Assembly: GCA_963792215.1 (NCBI GenBank)
Contig: CAWBVL010000004.1
Coordinates: 46,256 to 110,255, forward strand
DNA length: 64,000 nt
From: an uncultured Actinomycetes bacterium
GTDB taxonomy: Bacteria > Actinomycetota > UBA4738 > HRBIN12
Direction: 5' to 3'
Shown here: positions 26,612-36,633 of the stretch, in pieces
How the letters are laid out: every line of letters starts with the position of its first letter
Position numbering within the stretch: position 1 is the first letter of the stretch
Program-made: the position numbers and the translations under genes
The notes under the pieces: model-generated
Databases searched by the model: none
What the model saw: the letters and a program-made list of their open reading frames with translations, nothing else
Told to the model about the DNA's origin: nothing

Positions 26612-27352
26612 GCCAGCTCCTGCCCGTTGGCGAACAATTGGAAGGTTGCGTCGATCGCCGTGGCGGCGTGACGGCACATCTGCATCCTGCCGAGGAAGAT
26701 CTCGAAGTAGTCCATGACCTGGCTGATCTTGGTGTCGATCGTCAGTTCCAGACTGACGGTTCGAGCGTCGGAGTCTACCCGCAGGAAGACTCTGCTCGAC
26801 GGCATAGTTGACCCGGTCGTGGATGTCGCCGGCCAGGTCGACATCGGTGGGCCGCCGGACGCGGCTGCGGTGCACATCGGCCTTGTCGGCCAAGATGACG
26901 GCGGCCGACACGGGCGACACCGCCGAGCCTTCGCTCTCCTCGTGGTTGGCGATCGCAGACATGATCAGCATGAGATCAGCACTGTCGGCGCGCTTGCGGA
27001 GCGCCTCGTAGGCGAGCATCGCGCCGCTCTGTCCGTGGCCGTCGCGCGTCAAGGCGTTCCCCATGTCGTGCAGATAGCCGGCGACCCTAGCGAGCTCGGC
27101 CTCGCGCTGGCTGAAGCCCAAACGCCGAAGCACCTGATAGGCGATCTTGCCCACCAGGTGTGCGTGCCGGAACCCGTGCTCGGTGTAGCCCAGCGCGTCC
27201 ATCACCCGATCTGCAGACGCGATGAACATCGACAGCTGCGGGTCGGACTGGATGTCGCCGAGGGTGATCGAGGCGACCTCGGCCACCGGTTCGACCGCGG
27301 GCACATCTGGGATCGGCGCCCCGTGGGGCGTCCCGACGGCGTCTTCCCTCAC
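26608..27352 (-). pseudogene. HD-domain phosphohydrolase, interrupted by one frameshift near 26791
   Basis: The N-part (GTG 27352) reads ...GFRHAHLVGKIAYQVL...AGYLHDMGN...IANHEE...VNYAVEQS. The C-part continues in another frame as (R)VFLRVDSDARTVSLELTIDTKISQVMDYFEIFLGRMQ... and ends at TGA 26608. Both ends overlap their neighbours by 4 nt: GTGA with the yajC stop and ATGA with the secD start. Confidence 0.6.
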
Positions 27353-27762
27353 GGGCGGATCGGGCCCTCGGCGTTGTCGGCGTCCGCCCCGGAGGTGTCG
27401 TGCTCGGCGTCGGCGATGTCGACGACGGCATCGCCGTCATCATCCTCGTCGTCGACGTCCTCGTACTCGTCGTCGTCCTCGTCCACCACTCGCGCGATCG
27501 CGCCTCGGATCAGCTTGATCTGGGTCCCGGGGGCGATCTCCAGCACGACCGTGCCCTCGTCTTCGTCTTCGTCGACGATCGTCCCGAAGATGCCTGCCGT
27601 GGTCATGATCTCGGAGCCGACGCCGGCGCTCTTTTGAAGGTTCTGCTGCTGCGCAGCCTTCTTGCGCTGCGAGCGCATCATCAAGAAGAGCATCACGGGC
27701 ATCCCGAGCAGCAGAAGGAGCACGATGGGGCTCCCGCCACTCGAGGTCTGTGCGAGCAACAT
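27349..27762 (-). CDS. yajC: Preprotein translocase subunit YajC with an acidic C-terminal extension
   Basis: TM segment followed by RSQRKKAAQQQNL...VGSEIMTTAGIFGTIV, the YajC core. The tail is rich in D/E. Confidence 0.85.
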   Translation of the reverse strand: MLLAQTSSGGSPIVLLLLLGMPVMLFLMMRSQRKKAAQQQNLQKSAGVGSEIMTTAGIFGTIVDEDEDEGTVVLEIAPGTQIKLIRGAIARVVDEDDDEYEDVDDEDDDGDAVVDIADAEHDTSGADADNAEGPIRP

Positions 27763-27843
27763 GGGGGTCCTTCCGATCTGGCGGCCATAGCGTGCAGGAG
27801 CGAGCGAGTGCCGAGTTTACCTGCGGGAACGGGGGGTCGCGGC

Positions 27844-28893
27844 CTAAGCGAGCGGGAGCTGGCCGGGGGCCGTAACTCCTAGGTGTTCGTACGCGCGGGG
27901 GGTCGCGGTTCGGCCTCGCGGGGTACGTTGGAGGAACCCCAACTGCAGCAGATAGGGCTCCACGACGTCCTCGACCGTGTCCGGCTCCTCCCCGACCGCG
28001 GCCGCGAGGGTCGTGAGGCCGACCGGGCCGCCGGAGAACCTGTCGATGATCGCCCGAAGCACCGCATGGTCGAGCCGATCGAGGCCTTCGCCGTCGACCT
28101 CGAACATCTCGAGCCCCGATCGAGCGATATCCCCCGAGATCGAGCCGTCGTGCCGGACTTCGGCCACATCGCGCACACGCCGGAGCAGCCGATTGGCGAT
28201 CCGGGGTGTGCCGCGCGCACGCCGCGCGATCTCGCCGGCTCCCTCGGGGGTCGTTTCGACGCGGAGGATGCCGGCGCTCCGAAGGACGATCGTCGTGAGG
28301 TCTTGCGTGTCGTAGTAGTCCAGGCGCGGGCTGAACCCGAAGCGTTCGCGCAGCGGCAGCGTGATCCTGCCGGGGCGCGTGGTCGCGGCGATCAACGTGA
28401 ACCGCGGGAGCTCGAGTCGGATCGATCGAGCCGTTGGGCCCTTCCCTAAAACGACGTCGAGGCTGAAGTCCTCGAGCGCCGGATACAGGACCTCCTCGAC
28501 CGCGCGCGGCATCCGGTGGATCTCATCGACGAACAAGACGTCGCCGTCCGCGAGGTTCGTGAGGATCGCGGCGAGATCGGACGGCCGCTCGAGCGCAGGG
28601 CCGCTCGTCGGCTGGAACCCGGCGCCCATCTCGATCGCGACGATCTGCGCGAGCGTCGTCTTGCCGAGGCCGGGCGGACCGCTGAACAAGAGGTGGTCCA
28701 CCGGCTCGTCGCGCTGGCGCGCGCCTTCGAGCAGGACGTGCAGCTGTTCCTTGACCCGTTCCTGGCCAACGAAGTCCGCGAGCGTCCGCGGCCGGAGCGC
28801 GACGTCGAACTCGCGGTCCTCCGGGCTCCGCGCCGAGGATTCGAGCAGCCGTTCGTCGGGCGTCGCCTCGTCGGCCTCGGTCATGGAGGTCAT
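27844..28893 (-). CDS. ruvB: Holliday junction branch migration helicase RuvB
   Basis: Walker [19 protein letters not shown], and RuvB C-terminal winged-helix blocks. Confidence 0.95.
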   Translation of the reverse strand: MTSMTEADEATPDERLLESSARSPEDREFDVALRPRTLADFVGQERVKEQLHVLLEGARQRDEPVDHLLFSGPPGLGKTTLAQIVAIEMGAGFQPTSGPALERPSDLAAILTNLADGDVLFVDEIHRMPRAVEEVLYPALEDFSLDVVLGKGPTARSIRLELPRFTLIAATTRPGRITLPLRERFGFSPRLDYYDTQDLTTIVLRSAGILRVETTPEGAGEIARRARGTPRIANRLLRRVRDVAEVRHDGSISGDIARSGLEMFEVDGEGLDRLDHAVLRAIIDRFSGGPVGLTTLAAAVGEEPDTVEDVVEPYLLQLGFLQRTPRGRTATPRAYEHLGVTAPGQLPLA

Positions 28894-29459
28894 CGTCCCA
28901 CCTTCTGGAGGGCCTCGCGCAGCAGATCATCGGGAGCCTTGCCGTCCGGGTCGACGTCGGCGAGCGCTTGCGACGCTTCGACCGGCGTGAGCCCGAGCGC
29001 CAGCAGCGCGTCGCGCACGTCGGCGAGCGGTCCCGTCGCGATGAGGTCCGCGCCCTCGCCACCGAGCTTGTCGCGAAGGTCGAGGACGACCCGCTGCGCC
29101 ACCTTCTTCCCGACGCCCGGCACCACTGTCAGCGCGTCCGCGTCGTTCGCGATCACCGCGCGGCGAAGCGCGTCGGGCTTCAACGCCGACAAGAACGCGA
29201 GGGCGACCTTTGGGCCGACGCCGGTCACGCCGGTCAGCAGGTCGAAGAACTGGCGCTCGTCGGGCGACGGGAAGCCGTACAACGTCATCGAGTCTTCTCG
29301 GACGACCATCCGGGTGTGGACCCGCGCGCGGCCGCCGACCGGCGGCAGGGCGGAGAGCAGGGATGTCGGCACGATGAGCTCGTAGCCGACGCCGCCCACG
29401 TCGAGCACGACGCGTCCGAGGCCGACCTCGACGACCTCTCCTTCGAGGAACGCGATCAT
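28890..29459 (-). CDS. ruvA: Holliday junction DNA-binding protein RuvA
   Basis: MIAFLEGEV...LYGF...[17 protein letters not shown]...[13 protein letters not shown]: OB fold plus HhH motifs. Confidence 0.9.
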   Translation of the reverse strand: MIAFLEGEVVEVGLGRVVLDVGGVGYELIVPTSLLSALPPVGGRARVHTRMVVREDSMTLYGFPSPDERQFFDLLTGVTGVGPKVALAFLSALKPDALRRAVIANDADALTVVPGVGKKVAQRVVLDLRDKLGGEGADLIATGPLADVRDALLALGLTPVEASQALADVDPDGKAPDDLLREALQKVGR

Positions 29460-29968
29460 CGCGCGCCCGCCCGGGCGGCGACGGCCCGCATGGGCGCGGC
29501 GAGCAAGTGCGTGAGTGCCACCGCGACGGCGTCCGCGGCGTCTGCTTGTGCAGGCACGTCATGGAGGCCGTGGATCCGCGTAAGTGCTCGCTGCACCTGC
29601 GCCTTGTCCGCGTTGCCGGCACCGGTGACCGCCTGCTTCACCTCGTTCGGGGCGTACTCGGCGACCGGAAGGCCGGCCTCGGCGGCGACGAGGATGATCG
29701 CGCCGGTCGCCCGCGCAACGTGGAGAGCGCTGACCTGGTTGCGGCTCCACGCGACCCGCTCGACGGCCACGGCGGCGGGCTTATGTTCGGCGATCGCCGC
29801 TCTCGCCGCCTCGGCGATCGCTTTGAAACGGACGCTTTCCTCGGCGTCGGCCGGAGTCGTCACCGTCATGACGAACCGCAGCTCGTTGGCGCGGTTGCGA
29901 CGGGCGATGACGGCGAGGCCGCATCGGGCCACGCCAGGATCCACGCCGAGGACGGAGCTCTCGAACAT
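29456..29968 (-). CDS. ruvC: Crossover junction endodeoxyribonuclease RuvC
   Basis: Taken from MFESSVLGVDPGVARCGLAV (ATG 29968). 171 aa. The track start at 30136 is an upstream extension. Confidence 0.9.
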   Translation of the reverse strand: MFESSVLGVDPGVARCGLAVIARRNRANELRFVMTVTTPADAEESVRFKAIAEAARAAIAEHKPAAVAVERVAWSRNQVSALHVARATGAIILVAAEAGLPVAEYAPNEVKQAVTGAGNADKAQVQRALTRIHGLHDVPAQADAADAVAVALTHLLAAPMRAVAARAGAR

Positions 29969-30014
29969 CTGTTCGCCGCAGTCTAGGCGGGCAGGCGAGC
30001 CCGGGCAACGACCG

Positions 30015-30722
30015 TCACGAGGCGACGGCGGTGTATCGGTCGCGGTCGGGCATCGGCGAGGCGATGACGTCGGGCGTGAGCGACGCCGCAGCGAACGCCG
30101 ATCGGTACGCCTCGTCGCTGAAGAGGGTGAGCTCATGCACCTCTTGTTGCTGCTCGAACCCGTCTTCTCCGGTGGCGATCAGGTACCGCATGTCGAGGAT
30201 CGTGCGGTCGCCGTCGCGCCAGGTTCTCGCGACGCGGGCGGCCGCGAGTCCGTCGCCCGTCTCAGCCAACGCCTGCACATTCGTCCCCGGCCACCACGCG
30301 TCCGGGCGGACCCATCCATCGACGACGAGGACCCCGCCCGGTGAGAGGTGCGCGGCCATCCGGCCGATCGCTGCCACGAGTTCATCATCGTCGCGCAGGT
30401 ACCCGACCGAGCTGAACAAGCACGTGACCGCGTCGAACGTTCGGCCAAGAACGAAGGTCCGCATGTCGCCGTGCGTGAGGGGCACATCCGAGAGACGCTC
30501 GCGCGCGACCGCGAGCAGCCCATCGTCCAGGTCGACGCCAGCGACGTCGGGGAACGACCTATGCAGCAGCTCGAGATGCTTGCCGGTGCCACACGCGACG
30601 TCGAGCAGTGAGCTCGCATCCGGCTTCCGCTCGCGGATCAGCGCGGCGAGATCGCGCGCCTCAGTCTCGTAGTCCTTGAAGGAGTACAGGAGGTCATAGA
30701 CGCGCGCGCTGTGTACGAACAC
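30015..30722 (-). CDS. Class I SAM-dependent methyltransferase
   Basis: Motif I LLDVACGTGKH, with a preceding YDLLYSFKDYETEA block reminiscent of sugar N-methyltransferase-like enzymes. GTG start. Confidence 0.8.
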   Translation of the reverse strand: MFVHSARVYDLLYSFKDYETEARDLAALIRERKPDASSLLDVACGTGKHLELLHRSFPDVAGVDLDDGLLAVARERLSDVPLTHGDMRTFVLGRTFDAVTCLFSSVGYLRDDDELVAAIGRMAAHLSPGGVLVVDGWVRPDAWWPGTNVQALAETGDGLAAARVARTWRDGDRTILDMRYLIATGEDGFEQQQEVHELTLFSDEAYRSAFAAASLTPDVIASPMPDRDRYTAVAS

Positions 30723-30785
30723 CCGACCACCCTAGCGGCGACACGCAACCCGTTCGACCGTCGCCCCACGGCTACGCTCACGTTC

Positions 30786-31238
30786 ATGCGCCGACTCGTA
30801 CTCGTGACGTCGATCCGGGCCAAGCCAGAGGTTGTTTTCGATCTGTCGACCGACCTCGACCTCCATCAAGCCTCTCTGTCGCGCTCGAGAGAGCGAGCGA
30901 TCGCCGGACGCACCTCGGGAAACATCGGTCTCGGTGAATCCGTTACTTGGCGTGCACGGCACCTCGGCGTGTGGTGGACGATGACAAGCCGCATCGACGC
31001 GTTCGACCGACCTATCTGCTTCGTCGACGCGCAGGTTCGTGGTCCGTTCGGCGTCTACCGACATGAGCATCGATTCACGGCGGTGCCGCAGGGAACGGTG
31101 ATGACCGACCTCGTCGACGTCGCCGCGCCGTTCGACCTGATCGGAAGACCATTCGAGGGCTTGCTTGCGCGGTACCTCGAGCGCTTACTCACTGAGCGCA
31201 ACGAAGCCATCGCTCGCGCGGCGACTTCTATGAGGTGA
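30786..31238 (+). CDS. SRPBCC (cyclase/dehydrase-like) family protein
   Basis: MRRLVLVTSIRAKPEVVFDLSTDLDLH...GPFGVYRHEHRF, typical of SRPBCC/START-like small proteins. Start chosen at ATG 30786. Confidence 0.65.
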   Translation: MRRLVLVTSIRAKPEVVFDLSTDLDLHQASLSRSRERAIAGRTSGNIGLGESVTWRARHLGVWWTMTSRIDAFDRPICFVDAQVRGPFGVYRHEHRFTAVPQGTVMTDLVDVAAPFDLIGRPFEGLLARYLERLLTERNEAIARAATSMR

Positions 31239-31278
31239 CCTGCGGGCGGCCGACCGGCCGCCGGTGTGGGCGGCGCTA

Positions 31279-32451
31279 TCACCCAACGCCGCCGGGCGGC
31301 GCTGGCGGCGCTTGGTTCGGCGGCGACGGAACCTCGGTGGGCGCGTTCTTCAAGACGGTCCGCGGCGCGCCGACGTCGACACCGTCCACGAGCGTCGTCG
31401 CGGTGCCCGTCCCATGGCTCCACGCGACGGTGGATAACGACTCCGGCTGACCACAGCCGCCCGTCGCCACGAGAAGCGTCTTCGCATCGAGCCATCCGAG
31501 CGCGTGTGTCGGGGCACCGGCGGCGGCGATCGCCGGATGCGCGCCCTGCGTATCCACGACCATCGCCTGTTCCTGCTCGCACGAAGCGCCCTGCGTCGCC
31601 GCCATCAGTGGTCCCGACTGCGCCAGTTGCAGGCTGTGCGCGGTCGGCGACAGCCCACGGGACAGCACCGTCTGGAAGGTCGAGCGGTCGGCGAGGTCCA
31701 TCCAATGGATCTCGCTCAGGGCGCCGGCGTGCTGCGCGATCCACCAGATCTGGGTGCCGTCCGAACTGAACGCCACCGAGGAGAACGTCGTGTCGGGCCG
31801 CGAGAACACGAGCCGCACGGGATTCTTGCCCTCGTTGCTCGACAGCCAGATGCCTTGCCGCTGCCCCTGATCGACGATCATCCCGAGCGCGAGCCCGCTC
31901 GGGTGATACGCGATCGACTCGTACGTTCCCGTCGGCAGGTCGGTCAGCGTCTCGACGTTGCCGGCGTCCATGAACCGCTTCTGAGGCTGGCCGCTCGGCG
32001 ATGCGTACACCACTGCGAGGCCGAGCGGATGACCCCAGTCGAAGACGGTGGGCGTCGGTCCGATCGGAGGCCACATCGACGCTTGCGTTTCGACGTCGCC
32101 GACGCCGAGGCCGGCGAGCAGCACGCGGTCACCCTGCGGCCCGAAGGCGAACGGACCTGGCTTGGGGACATTGAATAGGCACGCGACCACGCCCGTGTCC
32201 GGGTCGAGCACCCACGCGCGGCCCTCGGCAACGAATGCCACGGTTTGGCTCGCAACCGCCTTTCCGTGGCAACCCGATGGCAGCGCGCTGCCATCCGCGA
32301 GCGTCGCGCCGGTCGGTGGCGGCGACACGGTGACCGACGTCGGCGGTGAGCTCGCTGCGGTGGGCGAGGCAATGCTCGTGGAGCTGGTCGTCGTGCACGA
32401 GCCAGCAACCAACGCGACCGCGACGATCAGAATTACACGACGTGCCCGCAT
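31279..32451 (-). CDS. Putative lipoprotein, probably beta-propeller-like
   Basis: Lipobox MRARRVILIVAVALVAGSC. The remainder has repeated beta-rich segments and a Pro-rich C-terminus. Confidence 0.65.
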   Translation of the reverse strand: MRARRVILIVAVALVAGSCTTTSSTSIASPTAASSPPTSVTVSPPPTGATLADGSALPSGCHGKAVASQTVAFVAEGRAWVLDPDTGVVACLFNVPKPGPFAFGPQGDRVLLAGLGVGDVETQASMWPPIGPTPTVFDWGHPLGLAVVYASPSGQPQKRFMDAGNVETLTDLPTGTYESIAYHPSGLALGMIVDQGQRQGIWLSSNEGKNPVRLVFSRPDTTFSSVAFSSDGTQIWWIAQHAGALSEIHWMDLADRSTFQTVLSRGLSPTAHSLQLAQSGPLMAATQGASCEQEQAMVVDTQGAHPAIAAAGAPTHALGWLDAKTLLVATGGCGQPESLSTVAWSHGTGTATTLVDGVDVGAPRTVLKNAPTEVPSPPNQAPPAPPGGVG

Positions 32452-32505
32452 AGCGCGGACGCTACACCCGCGGGCCTTGCGGAGTTGCGAAGGAAGACGA
32501 GGCCG

Positions 32506-33255
32506 CTAGAGCGACGCCATGACCTCTTCGGGGATATCGAAGTTGGCGTAGACGTTCTGGACGTCGTCGAGGTCTTCGAGGGCATCGATCAGCCGGAGCA
32601 CCGCTGTCGCCTCTGAGCCTTCCACCGGGATCGTCGACTGCGGCAGCATCGTGAGCTCCGCGGAGTAGATCGGCACGCCGGCCGACGCGAGCGCCGCCTC
32701 GACCGCCTTGAAGTCCTGCGGCGACGTCACGATGTCCCAGCTCGATTCGGAATCGGTCAGATCTTCGGCGCCGCCCTCGAGGGCGAGCTCGAGGAGCCGT
32801 TCCTCGTCGGGCGCGACTGCCTTCTCGACGACGATCACGCCCTTACGGGTGAACTGCCACGCCACCGTCCCGCTCTCACCGAGGTTTCCCCCATTGCGGG
32901 TGAACGCGTGGCGAACCTCCTGAGCGGTGCGGTTGCGGTTGTCGGTCAGCGCTTCGATCAGGAGCGCGATCCCGCCCGGCGCGTATCCCTCGTAGACGAT
33001 CTCCTCGTATCTCTGACCGTCGCCGAGCTCGCCGGTCCCCCGCTTGATCGCGCGCTCGATGTTCTCGTTGGGGACCGAGAAGCTCTTCGCCTTCTCAACG
33101 GCGCTCGCGAGCGTCATGTTGCCCTCGACGCTGCCGCCGCCTTCCCGCGCCGCGACCTCGACCGCGCGGAGCAGCTTCGCGTACATATTGGAGCGCTTGG
33201 CGTCGGTCGCTTCCTTCTTTCGCTTGATCGTCGCCCATTTGGAGTGGCCGGACAT
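32506..33255 (-). CDS. yebC: YebC/PmpR family DNA-binding regulator
   Basis: MSGHSKWATIKRKKEATDAKR is the invariant family N-terminus. Confidence 0.9.
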   Translation of the reverse strand: MSGHSKWATIKRKKEATDAKRSNMYAKLLRAVEVAAREGGGSVEGNMTLASAVEKAKSFSVPNENIERAIKRGTGELGDGQRYEEIVYEGYAPGGIALLIEALTDNRNRTAQEVRHAFTRNGGNLGESGTVAWQFTRKGVIVVEKAVAPDEERLLELALEGGAEDLTDSESSWDIVTSPQDFKAVEAALASAGVPIYSAELTMLPQSTIPVEGSEATAVLRLIDALEDLDDVQNVYANFDIPEEVMASL

Positions 33256-33257
33256 CG

Positions 33258-33827
33258 CTACACCTTCCTCAACAGGTAATCGTGGAGCCCGGTCTCGCCC
33301 ACGAGCTCAGGATGGAAGGATGCCACAACCAGGTTGTCCTGCTCCAGGACGACCGGGCGGTCCTCGAACGTCGCGAGCGTCTCGACGGCGTCGCCGACCC
33401 GCTCGATCCAGGGCGCCCGGATGAAGACGCCGCGCACGCGGTGATCGACGCCACGCACGTCGAGGTCGGTCTCGAACGAATCGACCTGCCGGCCGTAGGC
33501 GTTGCGCCGCACCTCGATGTCCATCAGGTCGAACAGCGGCTCACCTCCGTCGACCTCGTGTGCGAGCACGATCATCCCCGCGCAGGTGCCGAGGATCGGC
33601 ATACCCGCCGCGGCGCGTTCGCGGATCGGCTCGACGAGGTCGTACGCGCGCGCGAGCTTGGCGATCGTCGTCGACTCTCCCCCAGGGATCGCCAAGCAGT
33701 CGACCTCGGCGAGATGCGCGGGCGTGCGGACCTCGATCGGGGTCGCGCCGATCGACGCGAACGCCTTCGCGTGCTCGCGGAAGTCCCCCTGGAGCGCGAG
33801 GACGCCTGCCTTGGTCATGCGCGTCAT
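33258..33827 (-). CDS. pdxT: Pyridoxal 5'-phosphate synthase glutaminase subunit
   Basis: GVLALQGDFREH, IPGGESTT, GTCAGMI (catalytic Cys) and FHPE. Confidence 0.9.
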   Translation of the reverse strand: MTRMTKAGVLALQGDFREHAKAFASIGATPIEVRTPAHLAEVDCLAIPGGESTTIAKLARAYDLVEPIRERAAAGMPILGTCAGMIVLAHEVDGGEPLFDLMDIEVRRNAYGRQVDSFETDLDVRGVDHRVRGVFIRAPWIERVGDAVETLATFEDRPVVLEQDNLVVASFHPELVGETGLHDYLLRKV

Positions 33828-33951
33828 GGTACTGAGCGTCTCCTGTATCGCGTTCCAGACTATTGCGGCGCAGCGACTGCACGATCCGACGCTTCAGGTA
33901 TCGCGGATCCCGCCCGAGGGTTACCTCAGAGCGCAAGGTTGGAGTGAGCGC

Positions 33952-34743
33952 ATGGGATCGAAGACGGCGGACGTCGGGCGTGGGCGCGTCGACGAAGGAC
34001 GCGAAGCGCTCGCGAAATACAAGGTGTTGGTGGAGCACCTGCCCGCGGTGGTCTACACCTCCGAGCTCGGCACCGATGGCGAGTGGCTATACGTCAGCCC
34101 GAAGATCGAGGAGATCTTGGGCTGGACGGCCGAGGAGTGGATGGCGCACGACGCGCCCTGGACGACGTCGGTGCATCCCGAAGACCTCGACCGCGCCATC
34201 GCCGAAGAGGCGGCCGCGGCTGCATCAGGCAGTGAAGATCGCCTGCTGACGAGCGAGTACCGGATGTTCACCCGCGACGGCCGGGTCATCTGGATCCGGG
34301 ACGAGTCGACGATCGTGCACGACGAGGGCGGCACCCCGCTGTGTCTGCAGGGCGTCCTCTACGACATCAGCGACAGCAAGCGCGCCGTCGAGGAACGCGA
34401 CTTCCAAGCCCGGCTGCTCGAGAGCATCAGCGACGCCGTGATCGCCTACGACGCGGATGACACGGTCACCGCATGGAACCGGGCGGCCGAAAGCCTCTAC
34501 GGCTGGTCTGCCGCAGAGACGATCGGCGTCCCGCTGCCGTCATCGATCCTCCGCGACGAAGCCGACATCGCCGCCGCGTGGGACCCGTTCGTGCAGGCGA
34601 TGCACGGCTGGCGCGGCGTCGGCGAGCTCCAGGACAAGGACGGCTACGCCCTCAGCGTCGAGATGAAGTGCGTGCCCCTGCTCGATCCCGACGGCAACGC
34701 ACGCGGATGGGTGCGCGTCGACCGCGAGGTCGCCGAGACCTGA
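33952..34743 (+). CDS. Stand-alone tandem PAS-domain protein with no output domain
   Basis: Taken from MGSKTADVG (ATG 33952). PAS 1 reads LPAVVYTSE...WLYVSPKIEEILGWTAEEW...EYRMFTRDGRVIWIRDE. PAS 2 reads LLESISDAVIAYDADDTVTAWNRAAESLYGWSAAE. The track ORF start at 33502 overlaps pdxT antisense. Confidence 0.8.
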   Translation: MGSKTADVGRGRVDEGREALAKYKVLVEHLPAVVYTSELGTDGEWLYVSPKIEEILGWTAEEWMAHDAPWTTSVHPEDLDRAIAEEAAAAASGSEDRLLTSEYRMFTRDGRVIWIRDESTIVHDEGGTPLCLQGVLYDISDSKRAVEERDFQARLLESISDAVIAYDADDTVTAWNRAAESLYGWSAAETIGVPLPSSILRDEADIAAAWDPFVQAMHGWRGVGELQDKDGYALSVEMKCVPLLDPDGNARGWVRVDREVAET

Positions 34744-34752
34744 GCCTCGGCG

Positions 34753-35634
34753 CTACCAGCCTCGGTCCTGCAGCCGCGTCTCAAGCGTCCCGATCTCCAG
34801 GCCCTGCATCGGGTCGCCGATGCCACGGCTAACCTTCGCCACCACATCGGGGTCCTGGAAATGCGTGGTCGCCTCGACGATCGCGCGCGCCATCGTCGCC
34901 GGGTCCTCGGACTTGAAGATGCCCGACCCGACGAACACGCCGTCGACGCCGAGCTGCATCATCAGCGCCGCGTCGGCCGGCGTCGCGATCCCGCCCGCGG
35001 AGAAGTTCACGACCGGCAAGCGACCCTGTTCGGCGACCATCCGCACGAGCTCGACAGGCGCGCCCAGTTCTTTCGCCTTCGTCACGGACTGCTCGGGCCG
35101 CAGTTGTGTGCACTCGGCGATCCCGGCCAGCAACGCGCGCTCGTGGCGGACCGCCTCGACCACATTGCCGGTTCCGGCTTCGCCCTTCGTGCGGATCATC
35201 GCGGCGCCCTCGGCGATACGGCGCAGCGCCTCGCCCAGGTTCCGGCATCCGCAGACGAACGGCACCGTGAACGCCCACTTGTCGATGTGGTACTCCTCGT
35301 CGGCGGGCGTGAGCACCTCTGACTCATCGATGTAGTCGACGCCGAGCGACTGCAGCACCTGCGCCTCGGCGAAGTGGCCGATACGCGCCTTTGCCATCAC
35401 CGGGATCGTGACCGCCGCCTTGATCTCCTCGATCTTGGTGGGGTCGGCCATGCGTGCGACGCCGCCTTCCTTGCGGATATCGGCGGGCACGCGCTCGAGG
35501 GCCATCACGGAGCAGGCGCCGGCGTCCTCGGCGATCTTCGCCTGGTCGGCCGTGGTGACGTCCATGATGACGCCGCCTTTGAGCATCTCGGCCAGGCCGG
35601 ATTTCACGGTGAAGGTACCGGTCTCGCGCTGCAT
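34753..35634 (-). CDS. pdxS: Pyridoxal 5'-phosphate synthase lyase subunit
   Basis: [47 protein letters not shown]. Confidence 0.95.
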   Translation of the reverse strand: MQRETGTFTVKSGLAEMLKGGVIMDVTTADQAKIAEDAGACSVMALERVPADIRKEGGVARMADPTKIEEIKAAVTIPVMAKARIGHFAEAQVLQSLGVDYIDESEVLTPADEEYHIDKWAFTVPFVCGCRNLGEALRRIAEGAAMIRTKGEAGTGNVVEAVRHERALLAGIAECTQLRPEQSVTKAKELGAPVELVRMVAEQGRLPVVNFSAGGIATPADAALMMQLGVDGVFVGSGIFKSEDPATMARAIVEATTHFQDPDVVAKVSRGIGDPMQGLEIGTLETRLQDRGW

Positions 35635-35707
35635 CGGGTGATCCTCCTTCGGTCCCGGATGTGGAGAACGCCAGTCTACCGCCGCGACCTGCGGCGCAGT
35701 GCCTCGC

Positions 35708-36626
35708 CTACATCTCCTGCAGGCGCTTGATCCGGTCCTGGATCGGCGGGTGCGTCGAGAACAGCCGCTCCATCGTGCTGGTGTCCTTTCCCGGCACGCG
35801 CGAGGGTTGCTCGAGCCACAGGTGCGCGGTCGCGTTGTTCGCGGCGCGCATCGCGTGCGGCGCGTCGGCGATCTTCTGCAGCGCCGAGATCAAGCCGGGC
35901 GGGTAGCGGGTCAGCAGCACGCCCTGCGCGTCGGCGAGGTACTCGCGGTTGCGGGTCACCGAGAGCTTGATGAGCTGCCCCGCGAGCGGCGCGAGGATCA
36001 GCAGGAAGATCCCGACGGCGAACAGGATCAACGACAGGATGCCGGCGTCGCCTCCGCCGCTGTCGTTGCTGCGCCGGCCCCCGCCGCCCCAGAACCACGA
36101 TCTCGTGAAGAACTCCGACAACAGGATCGCGGCGCCGACCACCGTGGCGACGATCGTGCCGATCAAGATGTCTCGGTCGAGGACGTGCGACATCTCGTGG
36201 CCGATCACGCCCTCGAGCTCGACACGATTCATGATCTCGCAGCAGCCCCTGCGTGACGGCGATCGACGAATGGTCGGGGTCGCGGCCGGTCGCGAACGCG
36301 TTCGGCGCCATGCTCGGGCACGACGTACACATCCGGCTTCGGCACGCCGGCCGCGATCGCGAGTCCCTCGACCATATTGTGCAGCCGCGGCTCCTGCTCG
36401 GGCGTGACCGGCCTCGCGCCCGTCGACGCTGAGCACCACCTTGTCGCCGTAGAAGTAGGAGCCGAGCGACAGCACCAGCGCGAGGCCGACGGCGATGACC
36501 AGCCCCGCCGTGCCGCCGTAGAAGAAGAGGTACCCGATCAGCCAGCCGATCGAGGCCGGGGAACACGACGGCCAGGACGATGAGCAGGACGGTCTTGCGT
36601 TTGTTCGCCGCGATCTGTTCGTGCAC
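35708..36626 (-). pseudogene. htpX: HtpX-like M48 zinc metalloprotease, readable only with four frame switches
   Basis: The segments, read in successive frames, are: MHEQIAANKRKTVLLIVLAVV / ASIGWLIGYLFFYGG...YFYGDKVVLSVDG / VTPEQEPRLHNMVEGLAIAAGVPKPDVYVVPE / MAPNAFATGRDPDHSSIAVTQGLL / EIMNRVELEGVIGHEMSHV...[15 protein letters not shown]. The switches fall near 36560, 36408, 36313 and 36241. Confidence 0.75.
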
Positions 36627-36633
36627 CGGTGCC

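Noticed and set aside
24377-27352. Single 991-aa ORF in the track
   Set aside because: It is a chimera. The N-part of the frameshifted HD gene happens to be in frame with secD. The stretch between them (LPAGRLRRSNRQSGTDDRHQDQ...) is out-of-frame HD sequence, and secD has its own ATG at 26611 coupled to the HD stop.
31055-32074. 339-aa minus-strand ORF overlapping the lipoprotein gene
   Set aside because: It is an alternative frame of 31279-32451. It is Arg-rich, whereas the other frame has a lipobox and plausible protein sequence.
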